From positions 18,406-82,405 of the IMG/VR virus record IMGVR_UViG_2718218017_000002: a stretch of 64,000 nucleotides of DNA. One strand, 5' to 3'. Position 1 is the stretch's first letter; every line of letters starts with the position of its first letter. The notes under the pieces were generated by a model that saw only the letters and a list, made by a program, of their open reading frames with translations, was not told the origin of the DNA and did no database searches. Of the stretch, positions 17,457 to 25,741 are shown piece after piece. This DNA comes from a virus (taxonomy: Duplodnaviria; Caudoviricetes). The translations under genes were made by a program, and so were the position numbers.

Positions 17457-17849
17457 ATGCAAAATAATGATAAGAACAGTGTTAATAATGTCGATACTAG
17501 CAGTCCAATATTTAAAAAAATACTTAGTCAGCTGGATGTAAGAATAAAGGCTATAATGGATAAAGTTTATGACAATAAGGACTTTCAAAGTGGAGATATA
17601 ACTTTAAAGATAACATTAGGTACAGTAACCAATGCAAAAGAATTTGTGGTGATGAAGGAAGGCAGATTAATTAATAAGGAATACGAATATAAAAGCTTAG
17701 ATATAAAACATGCCATTACGACAACACTAAAACAAACAGATAAAACTGATGGAGAATATATAGGGCAAAAAGAATTAATTAAAAATAGTGACGGGGATTT
17801 TATAGAAGTTCCAATTAAAGATGGGCAAATGAATATGTTTGATAGATAA
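17457..17849 (+). CDS. Hypothetical phage protein
   Basis: Packed operon; ends GQMNMF. Confidence 0.75.
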   Translation: MQNNDKNSVNNVDTSSPIFKKILSQLDVRIKAIMDKVYDNKDFQSGDITLKITLGTVTNAKEFVVMKEGRLINKEYEYKSLDIKHAITTTLKQTDKTDGEYIGQKELIKNSDGDFIEVPIKDGQMNMFDR

Positions 17850-18135
17850 GAAGGTGGTTAATATGCTTGATACTGCAACGGTAACATTGTCATATAAGGA
17901 ATTTCAAGAGTTAATAAATAAGAATAATGAAGCAGAATGTTATAGGCAAAAAGTTCATGCTTTAAGAAAAAAACTAGAAAGTAGAGACGAAAGAAAAGCG
18001 TTAGATAGTATAGTAGATATCTTATTTAAGGCTAATGATAGTAAAACAGCTAAAGAGAAACAAGCTTATATTAGAGAATGTTTGGAAATATATTGTAAGA
18101 CGTTTGATATATCCATAGAGGAATTACTTAGATAA
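17839..18135 (+). CDS. Hypothetical phage protein
   Basis: Packed operon. Confidence 0.7.
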   Translation: MIDKKVVNMLDTATVTLSYKEFQELINKNNEAECYRQKVHALRKKLESRDERKALDSIVDILFKANDSKTAKEKQAYIRECLEIYCKTFDISIEELLR

Positions 18136-18140
18136 AGAGG

Positions 18141-18470
18141 GTGAATACATTGAAACTAAAGCTAATGGTGCTTAGGAAGCTGATAGACCGAAGAGGAAAT
18201 AAGATAGACAATCGTACAATGTCTTGGCAGGATTGGAAGGATAAAGTTTTAGAGGAAGCAGGAGAGCTGTGTGAGGCTCTCTCCTCTGGAGATAAGAAAA
18301 AGATAATGGAAGAGGTGCTGGATGTTATTCAAGTGGGTATTGGGATTCTGGCCAAGCTTTTTAGAGAGAATTTTGACATAGTTCAGGGATTTCACAGGCA
18401 CAACAAAAAGTTGGTTGACAGAGGCTGTGAGGCTTGCGGGGAAGTTGGGGCTAATGTGTGTAGGAAGTAG
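18141..18470 (+). CDS. MazG-like nucleotide pyrophosphohydrolase
   Basis: KVLEEAGELCEAL...EEVLDVIQ ExxE/ExxD motifs. Confidence 0.75.
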   Translation: MNTLKLKLMVLRKLIDRRGNKIDNRTMSWQDWKDKVLEEAGELCEALSSGDKKKIMEEVLDVIQVGIGILAKLFRENFDIVQGFHRHNKKLVDRGCEACGEVGANVCRK

Positions 18471-18514
18471 AATGTAAAGTGATAATATTATGTATTTGAA
18501 AGAAGGGATTAAAT

Positions 18515-18718
18515 ATGACTAACTATGAATGCTATTTTGGATCACCGGAAAGGGCATTAGATTCTTTAACTCTACTTCTTGAATTTCCAGATCATCCAAG
18601 GCAAGAGGTAAGAGAATTCCAAAAAGAAGTTAAAGAAATGGGAGCAGCTAGATGGCTGGAAAGTGAATGTATAAATCAAAGGTGGTGGAAAAATACACCA
18701 TTTATAAAAAATAAATAG
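18515..18718 (+). CDS. Hypothetical phage protein
   Basis: AAGGGA RBS. Confidence 0.65.
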   Translation: MTNYECYFGSPERALDSLTLLLEFPDHPRQEVREFQKEVKEMGAARWLESECINQRWWKNTPFIKNK

Positions 18719-19073
18719 TTCGTAATCCAAAGACTTTGTAATAAACTCAAATACCAGGGATTTAATAACCCCTGGTACAAAGAGTAACTATTCGAAAGTA
18801 AAAAATAAATATGGAGATTAAAATAATGCTTTATGAATAGTATGTCCTGAATTGGATTTATTATACAGGGAATTTGATATAAATTATAGATTAATTGAAA
18901 TTTCAAGCAGAATTAAACACCGGGGATTATCCATCCCCGGTATAATGAAAAAAATGATGGCTATATTCAGGAGTAAATGCAAAATATAAAAATATTCATA
19001 CGAAAGAGGTTTCGCATGAATAGGGTATGTAAAATTAGGTTTATTATACTGGAAATTTAAAGAAGGTGAGTAG

Positions 19074-19235
19074 ATGGAGCATTTAATAAAATTAGGTTAT
19101 ACGTTCATAGGAGTATGGGTTCTGTTGAGTATAGTTGGGATAATAGGCTTTTATATAGTTGTTAGGAATTGCAAGAAGGAAAGTGCTAAGAGTTATAAGA
19201 ATCTTAAAAAGGAGTGGGACAGGCATGGGAGGTAA
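19074..19235 (+). CDS. Small single-TM membrane protein, 53 aa (not in ORF track)
   Basis: AAGGTGA RBS; MEHLIKLGYTFIGVWVLLSIVGIIGFYIVVRNCKKESAKSYKNLKKEWDRHGR. Confidence 0.65.
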   Translation: MEHLIKLGYTFIGVWVLLSIVGIIGFYIVVRNCKKESAKSYKNLKKEWDRHGR

Positions 19236-19257
19236 ATAAGTTAAGGAGGAATAGCTT

Positions 19258-19458
19258 ATGTGCCAATATTGTGACGGTGAATATGGAAAAGGTATTCTTG
19301 TAAATAAAAGCCCTGACAGTAAAAAAACACAACCTAATGAAGCTGTAATATTTCAACTGAAAGGTGATAAACCCAGAATAGTATTATTTAGGCATAGACT
19401 TGCACAAGGACATTTTAAGATAAAGTATTGTCCTATATGCGGTAGAAAGTTAGTTTAA
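19258..19458 (+). CDS. Small zinc-finger protein
   Basis: CQYC...YCPICGRKL; AAGGAGG RBS. Confidence 0.8.
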   Translation: MCQYCDGEYGKGILVNKSPDSKKTQPNEAVIFQLKGDKPRIVLFRHRLAQGHFKIKYCPICGRKLV

Positions 19459-19483
19459 AAGTGAATGGGCATGGAGGGATTGT

Positions 19484-20098
19484 ATGGAAGTAATGGCAGA
19501 ACGTAAACATATAGATTTAACCAAACACTGTAAAGTGAGATATGTAGAAAGAGTGAAAGGTATAACTGGTAACTTTGCTGTCCAGGAATATGTAGCAGCC
19601 AATAATGAAAGGATAATACAGGATGTAAATAAGATATTTACTTATTCTGATTTCTTGACAGAAGACCAAATAGGAGGAGATAAAACCACCAAAAGGTTTT
19701 ATATAAAAGATGATATACTCCTTGTTTTGAGGAGTGATGAATCGGCAATAATTACCTTGATTAAAGTTGACTTTGGTTTTCCAGTAAAAACTAATAGAAA
19801 TATTGTTAAGGACCTTCTGGTGGAAATAAATTTATTGAAAGAAGATTTAGAGGAAAATGAAAGGTCCATAGTCGATTATGTAAATGCCAGAACTCTGGAA
19901 AGGGAAAGGTATTTTGATAAAATCCAACTGCTGCAAGAAGAAATTAATTCTCTTAACCTGACCATAAAACAGATTGATGTTGATATAGAGAAAAAGAAAG
20001 AGAGCACCAAGGTTTCAAAACTTAAATTAAAAGAATATGTCAATATGATTTGTAATTCTAGGGCTTTTAAGGATGATTTGAAGCAGATGGGTAAGTAG
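19484..20098 (+). CDS. Hypothetical phage protein with C-terminal coiled coil
   Basis: TKHCKVRYVER N-terminus; GGAGGG RBS. Confidence 0.75.
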   Translation: MEVMAERKHIDLTKHCKVRYVERVKGITGNFAVQEYVAANNERIIQDVNKIFTYSDFLTEDQIGGDKTTKRFYIKDDILLVLRSDESAIITLIKVDFGFPVKTNRNIVKDLLVEINLLKEDLEENERSIVDYVNARTLERERYFDKIQLLQEEINSLNLTIKQIDVDIEKKKESTKVSKLKLKEYVNMICNSRAFKDDLKQMGK

Positions 20099-20144
20099 AG
20101 GCGTAACATAATCAACAATAAGATTTTAGGGGAGGAATTAAATA

Positions 20145-20663
20145 ATGGATGAAATGAAATTCATTGAGATGGAAGAAAAACTCCGGAACTATTTTAATAA
20201 GGATAAGAAAATTAGTGTACTGAATAAAAAGTTAGAAGTTTTAAAAAGTCAGATAGATGTAATAGAGTACAAACTTAAGAATGTTGCAGTAGACCTCCCC
20301 GAAGAATCACGTTCAATGGTATATGAAGAAAGAGTCCAGACAAGTCCTACAGGTGAAAGTTATGCCGAGAGGACTTTGCTGCGTATAACGGATAAATTGA
20401 TTAAGGAGCAGTCATGGAAGAGAGAACAGGTTGCAAATATAGAGGAAACTTTAAGGAATATGGAAGCAGATAATGCTGTTATTGAAGCTAATATTAAAGA
20501 TTTAAGAATTGAGGACCAGGAGTTTTTGAAATATAAGTATAAGTACAAGAAAACAGATTTGCAGGTTGGAGTAAAATTTAATATGTCTCCAGGGGGAGTT
20601 ACAAAGAGAAGGCATAGGTTGATTGAGAATATAGTTAACTGGGATATGTGGATTAGTGCCTAA
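20145..20663 (+). CDS. ArpU/RinA(Ltr)-type late transcriptional activator
   Basis: Last early gene; coiled coil then YKYKY...VGVKFNMSPGGVTKRRHRLIE sigma4-like HTH. Confidence 0.8.
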   Translation: MDEMKFIEMEEKLRNYFNKDKKISVLNKKLEVLKSQIDVIEYKLKNVAVDLPEESRSMVYEERVQTSPTGESYAERTLLRITDKLIKEQSWKREQVANIEETLRNMEADNAVIEANIKDLRIEDQEFLKYKYKYKKTDLQVGVKFNMSPGGVTKRRHRLIENIVNWDMWISA

Positions 20664-20776
20664 TTACTAAGTCGACATAGTTATTAAAATTTATAAAACA
20701 ATTATTATATGTATAAGAATAAAAATAATTTACAATACTAATTTTATAAATATTTTTATGTTAGGAGGTTATATAA

Positions 20777-21781
20777 ATGGGGAACACCACAAAAACGCCA
20801 TTAGTTGCATCAGAAATATCAGGTATTTGGAACTCTTATATGGCTGGAAATCTAGTTGGACGCATAGTTAGATATTTTTCCAACAGAGTTGATGATGATG
20901 AAATTCGTGATATTTTACAGTATGCTCTAAATTTATTTAATCAGCGTATTGAAGTATTAACTAATTTATTTAATCAAGAGAAACTACCTTTACCAGAAGG
21001 TATTACAGACAGCGATATTGATGTAAATGCTCCACGTTTATTTTCTGACACTCTCTACTTGCAGTATATAGCATATGAGGCAAAATCAGCAGTGCGTAGC
21101 TATAGTGTGATTTTAGGTCATGTGACACGTCCTGATATTAGAGATTATTTCTCAAAATGCATTCAAGAAAGTACTGACGTCTATAACAGGGCGGCAGAAC
21201 TGGGCTTATCAAAGGGTATTTTTATTAAAGCACCTCGGATAGAAGTACCTAAAAAAGTTGAATATATAAAAAGTAAAAGTTTTATTTTAGATAGTTTTGG
21301 AAAGAAGAGAGCTTTACTTGCAGATGAAATAACGGACATTGTTTCTATCACCAATGATACCGTGATAAGAAGAGCTTTACTAGTTGGTTTTAATCAAGTG
21401 TGTAAAGACAAAAAAGTTTGTAATTATATATCAAGAGTTATAAATCTTGCAACTAAACAAAATGATGGTTTTAATTCATTCTTAGTAGATGAAGTTATTC
21501 CAATTGGAAGCTCTTCGGATTCATATGTAACTGACTCAACAATTTCACCATTTTCAGAGAAACTTATGTTAAGTAAAGTTTCTCTAATGTATAGGTTAAA
21601 GATAGGTAGTATAGGGCTAGCATTGGCAAATATAATGAGAAGTGACTTGAAGGCTACATATAGAAAATATTTAGATGAAGCTATGGAGTATTCTAAAGAT
21701 GGTGTAAATATCATGATTGATAATGAATGGTTTGAACAGCCCCCACAGGCAATAAACCATGAAAATTTGGTAGGAGTTTGA
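20777..21781 (+). CDS. DUF3231-family (ferritin-like, spore-associated) moron
   Basis: LVASEISGIWNSYM and SPFSEKLML...WFEQPPQA tandem DUF3231-type domains. Confidence 0.8.
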   Translation: MGNTTKTPLVASEISGIWNSYMAGNLVGRIVRYFSNRVDDDEIRDILQYALNLFNQRIEVLTNLFNQEKLPLPEGITDSDIDVNAPRLFSDTLYLQYIAYEAKSAVRSYSVILGHVTRPDIRDYFSKCIQESTDVYNRAAELGLSKGIFIKAPRIEVPKKVEYIKSKSFILDSFGKKRALLADEITDIVSITNDTVIRRALLVGFNQVCKDKKVCNYISRVINLATKQNDGFNSFLVDEVIPIGSSSDSYVTDSTISPFSEKLMLSKVSLMYRLKIGSIGLALANIMRSDLKATYRKYLDEAMEYSKDGVNIMIDNEWFEQPPQAINHENLVGV

Positions 21782-21951
21782 TATAGGAAAATGTAGTAAA
21801 TATAAATATTAGTATGGTATATTCAGATTACAATGAAATTTTATAAATTATAATGTCTGTATTGATACTAAGAACTAAATGATTTTTTAAATACTGTATT
21901 ATTCAAAACTGAATTTTACAGTGTCTTTATACTTGTAAAACAGAAATATTA

Positions 21952-22013
21952 GGAATTATTCAGGAATTAAGGTGGAATTAAACAGGAATTAAAATGGAAT
22001 TAGATTGGAATTA
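21952..22013 (+). repeat. Six GGAATTA boxes at exact 11-bp period, probable late-activator binding array
   Basis: Copies start at 21952, 21963, 21974, 21985, 21996, 22007, abutting a -35. Confidence 0.85.
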
Positions 22014-22018
22014 AAATA

Positions 22019-22047
22019 TTGAAAAAATGTAGTATAATAGTTATAAT
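22019..22047 (+). promoter_or_regulatory. Probable late promoter TTGAAA-17-TATAAT
   Basis: -35 at 22019-22024, -10 at 22042-22047. Confidence 0.75.
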
Positions 22048-22186
22048 GAGAATGTCAGGGATTATACTGATAGTAACTTATAATAAATCTTTCAATTTAC
22101 TTATGCCTCTAGCCCCGAGGTTAAATAGGGCTGCCAATGCGGGAAACTGCAAATAAAAATTATACTATATATGTGTATATATCGGA

Positions 22187-22216
22187 AATAAGCACTGGTA
22201 GGAACTAGTGCTTATT
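22187..22216. terminator. Intrinsic (probably bidirectional) terminator
   Basis: AATAAGCACTGG / CTAGTGCTTATT stem. Confidence 0.7.
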
Positions 22217-22275
22217 CTTATTTGAAATTTGTACCGGTTTACACTTAGTACATTTATGGAGTTTTCAATACTCTT

Positions 22276-22575
22276 TTAATACCAATCCCAATACCATTCG
22301 TAATAGCATGGGTAAGGTGGGTAAGGTCTGCATCTTCTACGTCTACGTCTTCTACGTCTACGTCTTCTACGCCTGCGCCCTCTTTGTCTATAAAAGTCAT
22401 CATCATCAAAATCATCGTCATCAAAATCATCATCTATATCTGAGTCTAAATATTCATCGTCTATTGATCGATTATAAGGTGTTGATAAGTATGGACAATA
22501 TATAGGAGCGTTAAAGTCATAGGAATTTTCAACTGTTTTGTTATTTTTGTTGTCACTAGAGTTGCTAATACTCAT
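22276..22575 (-). CDS. Spore coat/exosporium-like moron (poly-Asp, poly-Arg, Cys/Tyr/Pro tail)
   Basis: GGAGGT RBS; DDDFDDDDFDDDDF, R-run, CRPYPPYPCYYEWYWDWY; sigma-K-like promoter upstream. Confidence 0.7.
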   Translation of the reverse strand: MSISNSSDNKNNKTVENSYDFNAPIYCPYLSTPYNRSIDDEYLDSDIDDDFDDDDFDDDDFYRQRGRRRRRRRRRRRRRRRCRPYPPYPCYYEWYWDWY

Positions 22576-22605
22576 GAAGTACCTCCGAAAATTTATTTAC
22601 AATGC

Positions 22606-22633
22606 ATACTATGAGTAAAATATCAAATCTGTG
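22606..22633 (-). promoter_or_regulatory. Sigma-K-type promoter CACA-16-CATAGTAT
   Basis: Matches the established sigma-K consensus (ACA-N16-CATAnnnT) 30 nt upstream of the coat-like gene. Confidence 0.65.
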
Positions 22634-22820
22634 AATAAGAGTTAAGAATTATTAGAAGGTGTATAAATATTAAAATTAGAGCATATATATAAATATAAGT
22701 GTAACTAAACTCCGGATAGTTACTTGCTATGAGTATATCTGTTTAACATATCTCCTTTTTACACTAATATTTAAATTTCAAATATACTCTTTTTACGTAA
22801 AAAAGAAATAGGTGATGGAT

Positions 22821-22982
22821 ATGAAGATAAGAGACATTATAGAAGAAAAGCTTAATCAGGATAAAAAACTAAATAAAGATAAATTAAGGAGAGGCGAATA
22901 CCTCTCCTTTTCTGATATAGAAAAATTAATGCGGCATGAGTGTTACAGGAGGGTTAAGGGTGCTGTTAGGAGGATGAGGTAG
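22821..22982 (+). CDS. Small basic phage protein, 53 aa (not in ORF track)
   Basis: AGGTGA RBS; MKIRDIIEEKL...LSFSDIEKLMRHECYRRVKGAVRRMR. Confidence 0.65.
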   Translation: MKIRDIIEEKLNQDKKLNKDKLRRGEYLSFSDIEKLMRHECYRRVKGAVRRMR

Positions 22983-23276
22983 TAATGGAAATAATACAGG
23001 GAATTATAGAAATAATTGACACTAGATGGATGAAGTGATATACTTACTAAGTTACGCAAACGTAATTACTTAGAAAATCGTGTGGAATAAAAGTTTCTGC
23101 ATAATGAGGATGAAATCATGAATATGGTCTTTATGCTTGTGGTTGTAGGGCATGTAAAATATAAATGCAACTACCATTAAATTTTTAGATATCTATTAAT
23201 TTAGATATCTATATTTTTATATAGAAATAAATCTTATAAGTTGATACATCCTATTATATGGTAAGAGGTGATTTAC

Positions 23277-23399
23277 TTGGGACGTAGAAATAATAAAGGG
23301 AAGAATAAAGAATTAACTGATTTTAGTTATTTACTTAATAAAGATGAAAAGAAGAATGATAATAATAAAATAGAAAAGGGCGATAAAAAGGACGATTAA
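23277..23399 (+). CDS. Small charged peptide, 40 aa (not in ORF track)
   Basis: GAGGTGA RBS, TTG; MGRRNNKGKNKELTDFSYLLNKDEKKNDNNKIEKGDKKDD. Confidence 0.5.
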   Translation: MGRRNNKGKNKELTDFSYLLNKDEKKNDNNKIEKGDKKDD

Positions 23400-23457
23400 T
23401 TTCGTTCTTTTCTTATGTCCAAAACAAAACGAATAGGCAGGTGGTGACAATGTAGAG

Positions 23458-24339
23458 ATGGCAGATAAGGAAACCGTAAGAAAAGAGTATGAAACTGGAA
23501 AGTATACTTTTAAGCAGCTGGCAAATAAATTTAATATAAGCCAGGGAACTATAAAAAGTTGGGCTAAGAGGGATAAAGATAATGGACAACCATGGAAAAA
23601 GGTTGCAACCAAAACAAAAAACCAAAACAAAAAGGTTGCAACCAAAAAAGAAGTTGCAGAGAAAGAAAAAGAGCCTGTTTTTGAGGAAGTTGAGGAGGTA
23701 TTAAATAACCCTGAACTTACCGATAAACAAAGGCTTTTTTGTATTTATTACTCCAAACGATTTAATGCCACCAAGGCCTATCAGAAAGCATATGGATGTG
23801 ATTATATAACTGCTAATACCAATGGACCTCGGTTGCTTGTAAATGCTTGTATAAAAGAAGAAGTACAAAAATTAAAACAAGGGAAACTTAACAGGGCAAT
23901 GCTAAGTCCAGATGATATATTTCAGAAGTATTTAGATATAGCTTTTAGTAATGTGACCGACTATATTTCATTTGGACAAAAAACTATGACTATGAGAGAT
24001 AAGAAAACAGGAGAGCCTTTATTGGATAATGAAGGCAATAAAATAGAATATCAATACAGCTATGTTGACTTTAAAGAATCCGACCAGGTAGATGGCTCCT
24101 TAATAAGTGAAGTTAAGCAGGGCAAGGATGGCGTAAGTATAAAACTCCATGATGCAATGAAAGCCCTTGACTGGCTGTCAAAGCATATGGATATGGCAAC
24201 AGAAGAACAGAGGTTGAGAATGGAAAAACTTAGGGCTGAGATTGAGAAGGCTAAAGGTGATGGTGAACATGATGAAGCTAAGACATGGGCTGATAAAGTT
24301 CAAGAAATAGCATCAAAGAGGCGTGGCCAAGATGGATAA
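23458..24339 (+). CDS. terS: Terminase small subunit
   Basis: N-terminal HTH, LTDKQRLFCIYY...NATKAYQKAYG, KQGKDGVSIKLHDAMKAL. Confidence 0.9.
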   Translation: MADKETVRKEYETGKYTFKQLANKFNISQGTIKSWAKRDKDNGQPWKKVATKTKNQNKKVATKKEVAEKEKEPVFEEVEEVLNNPELTDKQRLFCIYYSKRFNATKAYQKAYGCDYITANTNGPRLLVNACIKEEVQKLKQGKLNRAMLSPDDIFQKYLDIAFSNVTDYISFGQKTMTMRDKKTGEPLLDNEGNKIEYQYSYVDFKESDQVDGSLISEVKQGKDGVSIKLHDAMKALDWLSKHMDMATEEQRLRMEKLRAEIEKAKGDGEHDEAKTWADKVQEIASKRRGQDG

Positions 24340-25741
24340 TGGACTTATAACTCTACTTGATAATTATTGGGATAATCCTGTATGGTTCGCTGAGGATATG
24401 CTTAAATTCCATGCTGACAAATGGCAGTCTGACGTACTTATGGCACTGGCCGGCAATCCAAAAGTAAGTGTAAGGTCAGGACAAGGAGTAGGAAAAACAG
24501 GACTTGAGAGTATAGCTGTTACCTGGTATTTATGTACAAGACCATTCCCAAAAGTTATAGCTACAGCACCTACAAGACAACAGTTGTATGATGTGCTTTG
24601 GGCAGAAATATCAAAGTGGCTATCTGGAAGTATGGTTGATAGATTACTCCAGTGGACCAAAACAAAAGTATATATGAAAGGTTATGAGGAAAGATGGTGG
24701 GCTACTGCAAGAACTGCTGTAAAACCTGAAAACATGCAGGGATTTCATGAGGATTATATGCTCTTTGTTGTTGATGAAGCTTCTGGTGTTTCTGATCCAA
24801 TTATGGAAGCTATACTTGGTACTCTTTCAGGATATGAAAATAAACTTCTCATGTGTGGAAACCCTACTAGAACCAGTGGAACATTTTACGACAGCCATAA
24901 CAGAGACAGGGATTTATACAGGACTTTTAAAGTATCATCCTTAGATAGCCCTAGAACCTCTCAGGATAACATTGAAATGCTTAAAAGAAAGTATCTTGAA
25001 GATTCTGATGTGTACAGAGTCAGGGTGCTTGGAGAATTTCCAAAGGGTGAATCTGATGCACTTATTCCACTTGAATATGCTGAAACTGCTACAAGTACAA
25101 AGGTGAGTATAAAAGACTGTTTTACTTTTAACCTAGGAGCCGATATTGCCAGGTTTGGTAATGATAATACTGTTTTGGCTCCACGAATAGGGAACAGGGT
25201 ATTTCAACTAAAGGAATATAGCAAGAAAGATACTATGGAAACCAGTGGGAACATATTGAGAACTGTAGATAATTTTAAGAATGAATACCACCAGATTAAT
25301 AAAGTTAGAATTAAGATTGATGATGATGGATTAGGTGGAGGAGTAACTGATAGGCTAAATGAAGTTATAAGACAAGAAAGGCTTGGTTATGAGGTTATTC
25401 CTATTAAAAATGGTGCAAAGGCAGATGATGATGAACATTATTCAGATAAATCTGCAGAGATGTGGGGAAATATGAGAGATATTCTTGAAGAGAATTTTAC
25501 TAATTTTGTACAAGGAAGAACTCCTACTATAGAGCTTCCTAACAATGAGAAATTAATTAAGCAGCTGTCAAATAGAAAATACAAGATTGACTCAAAAGGC
25601 AGGATAGATCTTGAACAAAAGGAGCAGATGAAAAAGAGGATAGGAGAATCTCCTGACTGTGCAGATGCAGTAATATATTCATTCGCTGAAAATGGCAATA
25701 GTGATTTATCTTTGTTGAAAGGGGTGAGAATATGGGGTTAA
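24323..25741 (+). CDS. terL: Terminase large subunit
   Basis: VRSGQGVGKT Walker A, VVDEASG Walker B, GNPT, nuclease GADIARFGND and SPDCADA. Confidence 0.95.
   Translation: MAKMDNGLITLLDNYWDNPVWFAEDMLKFHADKWQSDVLMALAGNPKVSVRSGQGVGKTGLESIAVTWYLCTRPFPKVIATAPTRQQLYDVLWAEISKWLSGSMVDRLLQWTKTKVYMKGYEERWWATARTAVKPENMQGFHEDYMLFVVDEASGVSDPIMEAILGTLSGYENKLLMCGNPTRTSGTFYDSHNRDRDLYRTFKVSSLDSPRTSQDNIEMLKRKYLEDSDVYRVRVLGEFPKGESDALIPLEYAETATSTKVSIKDCFTFNLGADIARFGNDNTVLAPRIGNRVFQLKEYSKKDTMETSGNILRTVDNFKNEYHQINKVRIKIDDDGLGGGVTDRLNEVIRQERLGYEVIPIKNGAKADDDEHYSDKSAEMWGNMRDILEENFTNFVQGRTPTIELPNNEKLIKQLSNRKYKIDSKGRIDLEQKEQMKKRIGESPDCADAVIYSFAENGNSDLSLLKGVRIWG

Noticed and set aside
21952-22013. CRISPR array
   Set aside because: Repeats are 7 bp with 4-bp spacers; no CRISPR-sized repeats or cas genes seen in the window
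22336-22442. Microsatellite-like repeats
   Set aside because: Explained by the poly-Arg and poly-Asp codons of the coat-like protein
22720-22749. 9-aa peptide MLNRYTHSK on the minus strand
   Set aside because: AAGGAG lies only 2-3 nt from the ATG, too close for efficient initiation; no other support
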